Made by a program: the position numbers and the translations under genes. The notes beneath the pieces are model-generated. The model worked only from the letters and a program-made list of their open reading frames with translations, did no database searches and was not told the origin of the DNA. Positions 50,791 through 59,797 of a stretch of DNA of 64,000 bases are shown one piece after another. Where the stretch lies: positions 17,915 to 81,914 of the IMG/VR virus record IMGVR_UViG_3300020048_000087; one strand, given 5' to 3'. This stretch comes from a virus. Lineage: Duplodnaviria > Caudoviricetes. Each line of letters opens with the position of its first letter. The stretch's first letter is position 1.

Positions 50791-50820
50791 AAAAAATAAA
50801 GAGGTAATTACACCTCTTTA
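50791..50820 (-). terminator. Intrinsic terminator ending the glycosylation operon
   Basis: TAAAGAGGT/ACCTCTTTA stem with an A-run on the plus strand. Confidence 0.7.
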
Positions 50821-53268
50821 ACTTTCTTTTCTTAATTCTCTATTATAATGGTCAAATCTATTGTGTTCTGTTGGGGTTAAAAGTAATAATCCAAAGTTTA
50901 ATTTTCCTTTTTTTAATTCTTGATACATATGACTCATCCAAGTCTGTTCGTAAGGGTGTGCCCAAGTTGTTTCTAAAAACATTTTTTTACTACCACTTTT
51001 TGAAACCAATTGGGGCCAGTTACAATAATAAATTTCACCTGTAACATATGGTACACCTTCATAACTTTTAACATTCTCGTATTTCACTTTAGGTGCGTTA
51101 GGGTCAGTCCCTTGTTCAGGTAATTTTGTATGGTCGGGCCAATATTGTTCCCTTACCACTTGAGGTACGTTATACCAAGTCCATTGTACTGAATTATCCC
51201 CAAAAAATTCACTGAAATTTAATTTTAAATAATCAAAATTTTCTTGTTTAATAATGTTAATTGATTTATCATATAAATTATCGGCCATACGATTAAATCC
51301 ATTTCGACATACTTCATTTTTTTTAGGGTAGAAGAACATATCATCCTCAAAAAAGAACATATATTCTAAATCTGACTTTTCAAAATGTTCGGCAATCCAT
51401 TGTCTTCCACCACAAATACCTAAATTTTCCTTTTTAATATGTTCAAAGCCATATTTAGCACATAACTCACTATATATTGGTGTTGTGGATAAATCACTTG
51501 AATTGTCCAATAAAATTTTTCTAGGTTTTTCGATAAAGTTTTTATCATATTCTAACATTGAAAATATTAATGTTTCTAATTGTTTTGGGCTATTAAAACC
51601 TATAACATATAAACCAATTTTGTCCGTCTTTGATATATTAGAAGTTGATGGGTTTTTATTAAATGGGTTATTAGAGGGTGTTGTTGATATAATCTCAATA
51701 GTTTGGTTAGAAGATAAAGTATCGTTCTTTAAATCCTCAAAGAACTTATTAATTAACCCATTAGACTCTATCTCAAAGTTGTTAAAAATTGACGGATATT
51801 TATATAATAAGATTGAGAATAAACTTTCTTCAGTCCCCATTAAATCATTATTTAATGTATCAACCAATAAATTATAATAAAGACTATTAATATTTGGTAT
51901 TGATTCTTTAGGACCCCCAAAAAAACCACCTCGACCTATTAGTTTAACGGTTTCTCCGGCGTATTTATTTATTTCGTCGAATTTAAATCCGTGAATTTCG
52001 GTTGTGGTGTCATAATGAAAAGTAACAAATGAGAATTTGTTAATATATTTAGGTAATTTATTGATTACTTTATCGTGTGTAAAGTACCCTGGATGTACGG
52101 TGTTTGTTATACCAGCATCGAGCCAAAATAAATAATCAGAGTTAAATTTATCCATAATTTTAGCGTCATTAAGTAAAAAAACTTTACTCATAACTAATGG
52201 ATTATACATTTCTAATTTAGCTTGTGTTGAATCTTTTAACCATCCGACTTGGTTATACCAATCAGGGTTTGTTCGAATCTTTTGTATTTTATCGTAATAG
52301 TCGTTATCTTTGAACCAATCAGAATTTCTTAATATGAATTGAGTGTTTGAAATGTTTCGAATACTCATTACGTGTTTTTGAAGTTCCTCGTCCCCAAAAA
52401 TTATTAAATTGTTATCTATTTTAAGTAGTTCATCTAATTTTTCTAAATAATGATTATAACTACGTGACCAATCGTTTTTTAAATTTTCTCGACCAATATC
52501 CCATAAACCTGTAACAATTGTAACAATTTTATTCTCGGAGGTAGTGTTAATTACCGGTGATATATTCTCCACTGACGTGTTAATTGAAGGTATTTCCTCG
52601 CTAAATAATTCTTTATAAAAATCTTTAGGTATCCCGACAATATCTTGACCTGACATTTCATAAATAAAATTATTCATATCGAAGATTTCAATAATTTCAG
52701 TTTGTTCTAATTCAGTTAAATTAATCCACTCTAACCGAATAACTTTAGGTGTGTATTTGTTAAAATCAATTTGTTTAAATATTTTAAAATCGTGACCTTC
52801 AGCATCAACTTTTAGGATGTCAAAATTTGGTAAATTATGTCTACTCATTAACGTATTAAAAGTAATACAAGGTACTTTAACTAATTGACCATATTTATCA
52901 ACGGTTGGTTTATCAAACTCACTACCTAAACCATTTTTAGGTGGGTAAACCGCACTCATACCATAAAAACAACTATGAACTAGCCCGCTATCAATTACCT
53001 CCCTATCTATGGTTAACATTTCAATTTCGCCATCATAATCTGAGATTGCACTATTTTCAAATAATGCGTTTTCATTTAAAATATTATTTTTTAATCTATC
53101 GAATAAATAAGGTATTGGTTCGACATATAACACTTTAAAGTTATACATATTTGTATAACCAATCATTTCGTCAAACATAACACCATCCATTGACCCGATA
53201 TTTAGTGCGGTTATATTTTGTTTGGTATTACCTAAATAATGTAATGATTTGTCAAAAAAATTCTTCAT
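50818..53268 (-). CDS. Three-domain fusion: FkbM-type methyltransferase + HtrL/WlaTC-like domain + GT-A glycosyltransferase
   Basis: LNIGSMDG...VEPIP...KVDAEGHD (FkbM); IVTGLWDIGRE...FWLDAG...GGFFGG...GTEES (HtrL/YibB); YVIGFNS...DNS...FFEDD (GT-A). Confidence 0.75.
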   Translation of the reverse strand: MKNFFDKSLHYLGNTKQNITALNIGSMDGVMFDEMIGYTNMYNFKVLYVEPIPYLFDRLKNNILNENALFENSAISDYDGEIEMLTIDREVIDSGLVHSCFYGMSAVYPPKNGLGSEFDKPTVDKYGQLVKVPCITFNTLMSRHNLPNFDILKVDAEGHDFKIFKQIDFNKYTPKVIRLEWINLTELEQTEIIEIFDMNNFIYEMSGQDIVGIPKDFYKELFSEEIPSINTSVENISPVINTTSENKIVTIVTGLWDIGRENLKNDWSRSYNHYLEKLDELLKIDNNLIIFGDEELQKHVMSIRNISNTQFILRNSDWFKDNDYYDKIQKIRTNPDWYNQVGWLKDSTQAKLEMYNPLVMSKVFLLNDAKIMDKFNSDYLFWLDAGITNTVHPGYFTHDKVINKLPKYINKFSFVTFHYDTTTEIHGFKFDEINKYAGETVKLIGRGGFFGGPKESIPNINSLYYNLLVDTLNNDLMGTEESLFSILLYKYPSIFNNFEIESNGLINKFFEDLKNDTLSSNQTIEIISTTPSNNPFNKNPSTSNISKTDKIGLYVIGFNSPKQLETLIFSMLEYDKNFIEKPRKILLDNSSDLSTTPIYSELCAKYGFEHIKKENLGICGGRQWIAEHFEKSDLEYMFFFEDDMFFYPKKNEVCRNGFNRMADNLYDKSINIIKQENFDYLKLNFSEFFGDNSVQWTWYNVPQVVREQYWPDHTKLPEQGTDPNAPKVKYENVKSYEGVPYVTGEIYYCNWPQLVSKSGSKKMFLETTWAHPYEQTWMSHMYQELKKGKLNFGLLLLTPTEHNRFDHYNRELRKES

Positions 53269-53276
53269 AAATTTTG

Positions 53277-55040
53277 TTATTTTTTAGTAATTATTGATGT
53301 TACACTTTCATTGAAGTCAGGTGTTCTTGACCAAATATTAATTGAATTAACATTATTTTCAATATATAATTTATTTTCGTCGTTAATGTGATTCGATGTT
53401 AATTTTTTTGTTTTATCAAGTTCTGTTAACATATCTAAAGTTGTTATTTCATCCTCAATAGTTCGATACCCGTCAAGATTAGATGTGTGTAAATCTTCTA
53501 AAATGTAAACCCCACCACTATTTAATGATTTAAATAAAACACCTAACGAAATTTGTTGTTGTTTCATAGTATGACCACCATCATCAATAATTAAGTCAAA
53601 TTCACCGCCAGATAATTCAAGAAATTCGTGTAAATCATCTTTATTTTCTTGGTTATAAACATATGTAATAATTTTATCGGAGTTTAAATGATTACAATCT
53701 GAAATATCAATACCATAAATTTTAGCGTCCTTGAAATAATGTGATAACATCCTAAGACTATCCCCTTGATAGATACCGATTTCTAAAACTTTTTTAACGT
53801 TTTTCATTTCAGAAAATATAGAAGAATAAATCCTCATATATCCGTGATTATATTTATCGGTGTCAAATCTTTCACCATTGATAATTGGGGTTACACTGTT
53901 AAAATCTGAAGGTTCGTAAAATTTTGGTTGTTGTTTTAACATATCAGGATGATTACAACCGGTGTTTTCAACACTAGATGCGTATCTTAACACGGGGAAT
54001 GATGTTACCCCTTGATGGATATCCCATAATTCTCGAGTCTCAAATAAATGGTTGTCTGGTTCGTAAGGAACTATAAACATTTTTATACCATTATTTCTAA
54101 AATATTTTGAAATTAGAACGTCGTCTGAAAATGTTTTACCTAAATAATCATTAAAGAAGTTTTCTTTAAATAATTTTTTCTTATACGATACTGATTTATA
54201 ATGTTGTAATCCGTGAGTTTCCCTTATTTGGGTAACACATAATATCCAACTATCTCTAATATCGTTATCATATAATGGTGTCTCACAACCCCTACCATCA
54301 TAACCAATAACACAATCAACTAATTGATTTTGATATTTTCTATGTTCTGAAACCATTTCATTATTATAAACTAAGTCATCATCAACAACCAAAATTATAG
54401 TTTCACCATCATTAACACGGGATAATGTTGGAACAAATTTTGTTGGGGGTCCCATATCCTCAGTTCTGAATATTTTAAGATGAGGGTATTTTAATTTAAA
54501 GTCGTTTAACCAATTAGGGATTACATAAGGTTCTTGATTTACTTTGTAAGTTACGGGAACATTAAAATGAACTTCATAATTATTATCAACTTGTTCGCAT
54601 AATGACGTTAAAACCAATTTTAACCCATCTTCCTTATCATTGTTAAGTCTTTCAGGAACGGTTGTTAAACTCACTATTAATGATATTTCTTTTTCACTCC
54701 CGTGGTTCATTTTGTATTCAATAAAACCTTCACCAAATGTTGAATTTACTTCATTTTTAAGACTAACCCTGATATTATTAAAATCTCTAATTTTTAACGC
54801 TCTTCTCCCGATTTCCTCAAGGCCTAAAATAGCTTCATTACCTTTTCTAATGTCGGATTCTAAATCCCAAATATTACCATTGACTTCATATAATTTTTCA
54901 ATGAATTCGTCCAAATTACTATAAACATTAATTTCGGAAGTTAATTCTTCCATTTCTTGTGAAAGGTCCAAACTTAGTCTTTCGCTTTTTAATTTACATA
55001 TTGTAAATCTATCTACAATGTCACCTATTGATATTTTCAT
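53277..55040 (-). CDS. Three-domain fusion: small helical N-domain + GT-A glycosyltransferase + class I SAM O-methyltransferase
   Basis: SIGDIVDRFTI...LWDLES-like N-domain; VSLTTVPERL...GPPTK...VVDDD (GT-A); DTDK..HGY...VLEIGIYQG...IIDDGGH...YILEDL (sugar O-MTase type). Confidence 0.75.
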   Translation of the reverse strand: MKISIGDIVDRFTICKLKSERLSLDLSQEMEELTSEINVYSNLDEFIEKLYEVNGNIWDLESDIRKGNEAILGLEEIGRRALKIRDFNNIRVSLKNEVNSTFGEGFIEYKMNHGSEKEISLIVSLTTVPERLNNDKEDGLKLVLTSLCEQVDNNYEVHFNVPVTYKVNQEPYVIPNWLNDFKLKYPHLKIFRTEDMGPPTKFVPTLSRVNDGETIILVVDDDLVYNNEMVSEHRKYQNQLVDCVIGYDGRGCETPLYDNDIRDSWILCVTQIRETHGLQHYKSVSYKKKLFKENFFNDYLGKTFSDDVLISKYFRNNGIKMFIVPYEPDNHLFETRELWDIHQGVTSFPVLRYASSVENTGCNHPDMLKQQPKFYEPSDFNSVTPIINGERFDTDKYNHGYMRIYSSIFSEMKNVKKVLEIGIYQGDSLRMLSHYFKDAKIYGIDISDCNHLNSDKIITYVYNQENKDDLHEFLELSGGEFDLIIDDGGHTMKQQQISLGVLFKSLNSGGVYILEDLHTSNLDGYRTIEDEITTLDMLTELDKTKKLTSNHINDENKLYIENNVNSINIWSRTPDFNESVTSIITKK

Positions 55041-55050
55041 TATTCTATAT

Positions 55051-55929
55051 TTAATTATTTGTTACGAAAAAATCATCATAATTTTTCGTAAAAGTTATTT
55101 CTTGTGTTAAGTTTTTAGTTGTCCCTCGATTTAAATAAACAAAAAACCCGCTATTACCTGTATATGTAATAACATATTTACATTTGGAATGTATCCATAA
55201 TGATGCTATGTAATATTCGGACCATTCTAATTTTTTCTCATTATCAATTGGAATTGGTGGGTAAATCTCAGATGAATTTCCTAATGAAGTTTCGGTAAAA
55301 AATGTTGACCCGAATGTTTGATGAAAAGTACTAATAACACCCGTATTTTCGGATTGAATAAGAACTTTAGGTCTATTACCATCATTCTCAAAAATTTCTT
55401 TACATTTTCTAAAGTACCCCCCCGCCGAAATATAATTAAAACCACCCATATCAGTCCACTTGTCAGAATCTCTGTAAATAACAGAAATTGAATTGTCCAA
55501 ATCAACATCGTATTTTTTCGTTAATTCATCAATTTTGTCTTGAATATTTTGATTAACGTTAAAATATTTTTTAAAAAAAACATCATAATATTTTGAATAT
55601 TTTTGAGAATAAATTGTGTGTTGGTCGTCAGGACTAAAAGGAACCGGTATTTCAATATCGTCAAAATTTATTTCTAACTCCTCATCAATGTGAAAAAAAT
55701 GATGATACATATCTATATCAGAATCATTTTTTAGTTTACGTAATAAATTATTACCATCAATTTTGGATGGGGTTTTTTTGTATTTTTTATAGGTAACCAT
55801 TAATGATGTTAACATTAATGTAAATGTTGAGAAAAAACCATAATCTTTAATATCAGGTCTACCAATTAAAGTGTTATTTACTACGTCATAATCGTAGCCA
55901 TATAATATATTTTCATCTATCATAACCAA
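55051..55929 (-). CDS. Putative fucosyltransferase-like glycosyltransferase (NodZ/GT23/GT11-like)
   Basis: YGFFS near the N-terminus and SVIYRDSDK (variant of HxRxxD); SKCKYVI...GNSG near the C-terminus. Confidence 0.55.
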   Translation of the reverse strand: MVMIDENILYGYDYDVVNNTLIGRPDIKDYGFFSTFTLMLTSLMVTYKKYKKTPSKIDGNNLLRKLKNDSDIDMYHHFFHIDEELEINFDDIEIPVPFSPDDQHTIYSQKYSKYYDVFFKKYFNVNQNIQDKIDELTKKYDVDLDNSISVIYRDSDKWTDMGGFNYISAGGYFRKCKEIFENDGNRPKVLIQSENTGVISTFHQTFGSTFFTETSLGNSSEIYPPIPIDNEKKLEWSEYYIASLWIHSKCKYVITYTGNSGFFVYLNRGTTKNLTQEITFTKNYDDFFVTNN

Positions 55930-57611
55930 TTATTTAAATTTAATAAATCGAATGTTTTCTTTAGTTTATTGTGTTGAATAATATTATCCTCATAATATTT
56001 CCTTGCGTTTTTAGAAATAAATGATAAAAATTCCTCATCATTAATAACTTCCATATATCGTTGTTCGAATAATTTATAATGTTCTTCATTACCTAACCTA
56101 TATAACCCCATATCGGAAGGTCTAGGTATTGATATGTAATGGTAATTAGGTATTAACTCGTTATAAAATCTTGAATTATACTCAAACCTTAAAATAGGGA
56201 CCCCAATACCAAAACATTCGATGTCTCTATAACAAAACTCACCTCGACCATCAATAGATAATGCTAATTTATATTTAATTATATCGTTAAAATATTGTTC
56301 AGGGACTATTGGTGTGAAATTAGTAATTAAATTATTATCAATATGCTTTAAAAATTCTCTATCTTCTAATGATGTCCCCTTAAAATAAATTTTATTTTCG
56401 GTTGGTTTAATTAATAATCTTTTATAATAGAATCTGTCTAAATCAATAACTGACGATTGAAAATAAGTCCAAGGGGAATATTTAAACATAAATTTACCTG
56501 CGTTTTCACTAATTTTTTCAGTTAAAAATTGAGAAACTAATACTTTTTTTAGGTATGGGTTTTCTTTTTCGTTTAGAATTGCGTGAGTTAAATCATCAGA
56601 TACTGACATAATAACAAATTCACCATTATCTAAATTTTCAATAATATATTCACATTCCAATAGACAAAAATCATTTGATTTTCCTTTATTTAATTTAATT
56701 GGAAATCTTTGACTATGGGCGTTTTCAAAAAACCTATTCTCATCAACATTGAAAAATGTTTTAAGATAATCCGTTAAATCGTCCCAAAAACGATTATAGT
56801 TTCTATAATCTTTGGTGTAACTATTTGATGGGTTATGAATTCTGATTCGTGGTTTATTATTGTCAGTTGTGTTAATCGTTGTCGATGTTAAATTTAACAC
56901 TTCCTTATTAATTATAGTTGTTTCTATTGGTGTTAAACTAATATCACCGCTTAACAATTCAAAATCTTCACCAATATACCCACATTCTGATAAAAATTCG
57001 TGATATATTTGTTTGGCGACTTCCACATCCATAGTGTTGTGGTAATTATGTTCAAAACAAATAAATGGTTTTACTTTTAGTTTTTTTATGAAATTTTTAA
57101 GTGAACTTAATATAAAATAATCAACGGTTTCAGTATCAACTTTAATAAAATTGAAGTCTGAGAAAAAATCGAAACGTTCATTTAATAACCCATAAATATC
57201 TCTCATTTGAGTTGGTGTACCACCATTTGGTGAGATTTGACTTAAACCTAAATTAAGACCGTCTAAGTCATCTTTATTTAAAAAATATTCAATAGTTTCT
57301 TCACTAAAATAGGTTAATTTGTCTTCGTTAGATATTGCATAATTAAAAACTTCGACAGTTGGTGTATCTTTAAATTTTGTTTTTAAATAATCCGACAATA
57401 TTCTCGAACCTTCAAACATTACACAATTTTTAATATTAAAATGTTTTGATAACACGTCATAATATTTACCAACATTAGCACCAATGTCTATATATTTTAT
57501 ATCACTAACTCCTTTATTTTTGAAATAGTCAATAACTATTGATGATTCTGAATTTAGATGACCTTCACATATGTTATCGTCCCAATACTTAATAATTTCG
57601 TTTTTAATCAT
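55920..57611 (-). CDS. Two-domain fusion: FkbM-type methyltransferase + GT-B (GT90/CAP10-like) glycosyltransferase
   Basis: IDIGANVG, FIKVDTE..D, CFE (FkbM); YFKGT...KYKLALSIDGRGEFCYRDIE (GT-B). Confidence 0.7.
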   Translation of the reverse strand: MIKNEIIKYWDDNICEGHLNSESSIVIDYFKNKGVSDIKYIDIGANVGKYYDVLSKHFNIKNCVMFEGSRILSDYLKTKFKDTPTVEVFNYAISNEDKLTYFSEETIEYFLNKDDLDGLNLGLSQISPNGGTPTQMRDIYGLLNERFDFFSDFNFIKVDTETVDYFILSSLKNFIKKLKVKPFICFEHNYHNTMDVEVAKQIYHEFLSECGYIGEDFELLSGDISLTPIETTIINKEVLNLTSTTINTTDNNKPRIRIHNPSNSYTKDYRNYNRFWDDLTDYLKTFFNVDENRFFENAHSQRFPIKLNKGKSNDFCLLECEYIIENLDNGEFVIMSVSDDLTHAILNEKENPYLKKVLVSQFLTEKISENAGKFMFKYSPWTYFQSSVIDLDRFYYKRLLIKPTENKIYFKGTSLEDREFLKHIDNNLITNFTPIVPEQYFNDIIKYKLALSIDGRGEFCYRDIECFGIGVPILRFEYNSRFYNELIPNYHYISIPRPSDMGLYRLGNEEHYKLFEQRYMEVINDEEFLSFISKNARKYYEDNIIQHNKLKKTFDLLNLNNWL

Positions 57612-57622
57612 ATATTTTAAAT

Positions 57623-58489
57623 TTATCTTAGTTTATTAATATTAATTAGGTTCTTTAAAATCTCAATACTTGCCTCAATAGTACCATTCTCCGAATACCA
57701 CTTAATTGAATTTTTAGATATTTTTTGTAGTAATTCGTCATCATTCCTAATCGAATTAAAGGTTGAGTTAATAATGTCCCATTGTTTACTAGGCGAGTTA
57801 TTTAAGTCAAATTCAAAAGGGATATAGTGTACCCAAGGGGTTAAATCATTATGGAATTTCACATTAAGTTCGGGTCTAAATAAAACAGAACCTGTTGAAA
57901 GGATTTCTATATCTCTATGACAAATTTCTCCGGCACCATTTAAGGATAAATTAATTTTTCTTGACGTTATTTCGTTCAAGTAATCAGAGAAAGGGATTAT
58001 TGTGTCAACAACATTATTTGGGGAAATATTATGTAAATCTCGTCTATTGTGGTATAAACGACCTCTAAATAACAAATCTAAATCTTGTTTTAGGTTATAA
58101 GACGTGTCTATTGTGTTTATAATATCGTAGAAACTTTTATCGTATGACAAATAAGTAAAAGGTGTGTAATGATTTACACCGATAACACCACAAGATGTAA
58201 TTATTTCAACGCAGTTGTCTAAATCCCATCCAAGTCCCGAGTTTAAGACATCTAAATTCCTATCCCACATTGAAACAACGATAAATTTTTTATTAGTTGG
58301 ATTGGTGATGGTTAAAAAATACCCCGAATCGTTACTTCCGGGGTAAATATGTTCTAAATTAGAAACATCAATCACTTTTGTTTTGACATTTTTTTCGTAA
58401 TTTACAAACCAATTATAATATTCTTGATAAATATGACAGAACGATAAATAGGTGTTTTGATTATTATAAAATTTAAAAACAAGTTCCAT
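57623..58489 (-). CDS. GT-B (GT90/CgeB-like) glycosyltransferase
   Basis: LFRGR...RKINLSLNGAGEICHRDIEILSTG; paralogous to the C-domain of the neighbouring gene. Confidence 0.65.
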   Translation of the reverse strand: MELVFKFYNNQNTYLSFCHIYQEYYNWFVNYEKNVKTKVIDVSNLEHIYPGSNDSGYFLTITNPTNKKFIVVSMWDRNLDVLNSGLGWDLDNCVEIITSCGVIGVNHYTPFTYLSYDKSFYDIINTIDTSYNLKQDLDLLFRGRLYHNRRDLHNISPNNVVDTIIPFSDYLNEITSRKINLSLNGAGEICHRDIEILSTGSVLFRPELNVKFHNDLTPWVHYIPFEFDLNNSPSKQWDIINSTFNSIRNDDELLQKISKNSIKWYSENGTIEASIEILKNLININKLR

Positions 58490-59736
58490 TATAAATTTCC
58501 TGTCAATCTATCACACCATCCTTTTGATGTGCTATGAGGCCAAACAACCCAATAAGTTGGTTTTTGTGTTGTCTGAAATTCTCTCCAAACTTTGCAATAA
58601 CCATCTGGGTCATTTTTCATCCTATTAATCTCGTTAATGTCAGCATCCTGTCTATGAATAGTGTTATCATTTTCATCGTGAAATGCGACTACCCAATATT
58701 CATAATCAGTTTCAGGTACAGAATCGTAACTGATGTCAATACAATGTTTAAAGATTGATGCGAAACTAGCCTCCCATTCTTCATCGGTTTTAAATATCGT
58801 TGGGTTTGGTGGATAATTCTTATCTAAAGTATGTTGTTGTACGGCTCTGTTAGAAAAACGTAACCCTGAATAAATTTCATAATCTTTAAGAGTTCTTTCC
58901 GTACCAAAACCGTAAGTGCTAAAGTCCATAGTGACTTCTTCATCATCCATACCGAATAATTGTCTATTTTTCTTATGTGATAAATTATTTTTATTACCCC
59001 AATCTTTGTCGTCATCCCATTGTTTTGTTCTACCTTTCCTTGTGTATTCGTGCCAAACAACTACTTTATGTGGGTGAAATAAATCATATCCGTGAGTAAA
59101 TGCTCTAACCGCGATTGAAATTTCTTCTCCGTGGAAATAAAACTCAGGGTCGTGTTGTACTTCAGTACTGAATTGACCTAATGTGAATGCAAAATGTGCT
59201 GAGTAAAATCGTGATGTGACAGGTTCTTTTAATTTTTCCCATCCAGGTATTGTTTCAGGTAAAAAGAACACTGCACCTTCAGGAATGAAACGGTCAAACG
59301 CCATCCTCCAAGGTTCTTGGATTCTTTCTGCCGGGTCATTTTCAGGGTTGAATGATGAAACATAACCTGTTAATAATGGTTTTGGGAATCCTTTCTTCTG
59401 AAGTTGTTTAACCATTTTGATTAGAGTATCGTCCCAATTCTTTTCGAATCTCATATGGGAGTCAATTTGTAATGTGTACTCTTCCCCACCATATAATTGT
59501 TGAACTTGGTTTCTTGCCCAACAAACGCCTTTAGATTCTGAATATAAAACGTCTAATATTCTAAAACGTTTATCTTTACGATATTCGTCTAATGTATCAA
59601 ACCCATCTTCAGGGTGATATTGACGACAAATACCAATTCTAAGGTTATTTGGTTTTTTAGAGTTATCAATCATATCCTTAACCGTTTTTTCTAATTCAGG
59701 GTCACGATATGATGCGATTTGTACAAATATTTTCAT
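58489..59736 (-). CDS. GT60-like polypeptide alpha-GlcNAc transferase (Skp1-Hyp / Thr O-GlcNAcT family)
   Basis: IFVQIASYRD, GVCWAR..Q..Y..E.Y.LQIDSHMRF..NWD, GEEISIAVRAFTHGYD. Confidence 0.85.
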   Translation of the reverse strand: MKIFVQIASYRDPELEKTVKDMIDNSKKPNNLRIGICRQYHPEDGFDTLDEYRKDKRFRILDVLYSESKGVCWARNQVQQLYGGEEYTLQIDSHMRFEKNWDDTLIKMVKQLQKKGFPKPLLTGYVSSFNPENDPAERIQEPWRMAFDRFIPEGAVFFLPETIPGWEKLKEPVTSRFYSAHFAFTLGQFSTEVQHDPEFYFHGEEISIAVRAFTHGYDLFHPHKVVVWHEYTRKGRTKQWDDDKDWGNKNNLSHKKNRQLFGMDDEEVTMDFSTYGFGTERTLKDYEIYSGLRFSNRAVQQHTLDKNYPPNPTIFKTDEEWEASFASIFKHCIDISYDSVPETDYEYWVVAFHDENDNTIHRQDADINEINRMKNDPDGYCKVWREFQTTQKPTYWVVWPHSTSKGWCDRLTGNL

Positions 59737-59797
59737 AGTTTTTTTGGTTTTTTAAAAAAATAAACTTTATTATCAATAAATAAAGTTTTTATTTTAA

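Noticed and set aside
50818-59736. Bacterial LPS/capsule locus or eukaryotic giant-virus origin for the GT island
   Set aside because: No flippase, polymerase or export genes are present; the island is collinear with phage fibre genes and shares the TATTTAT element; the window encodes a contractile phage tail.
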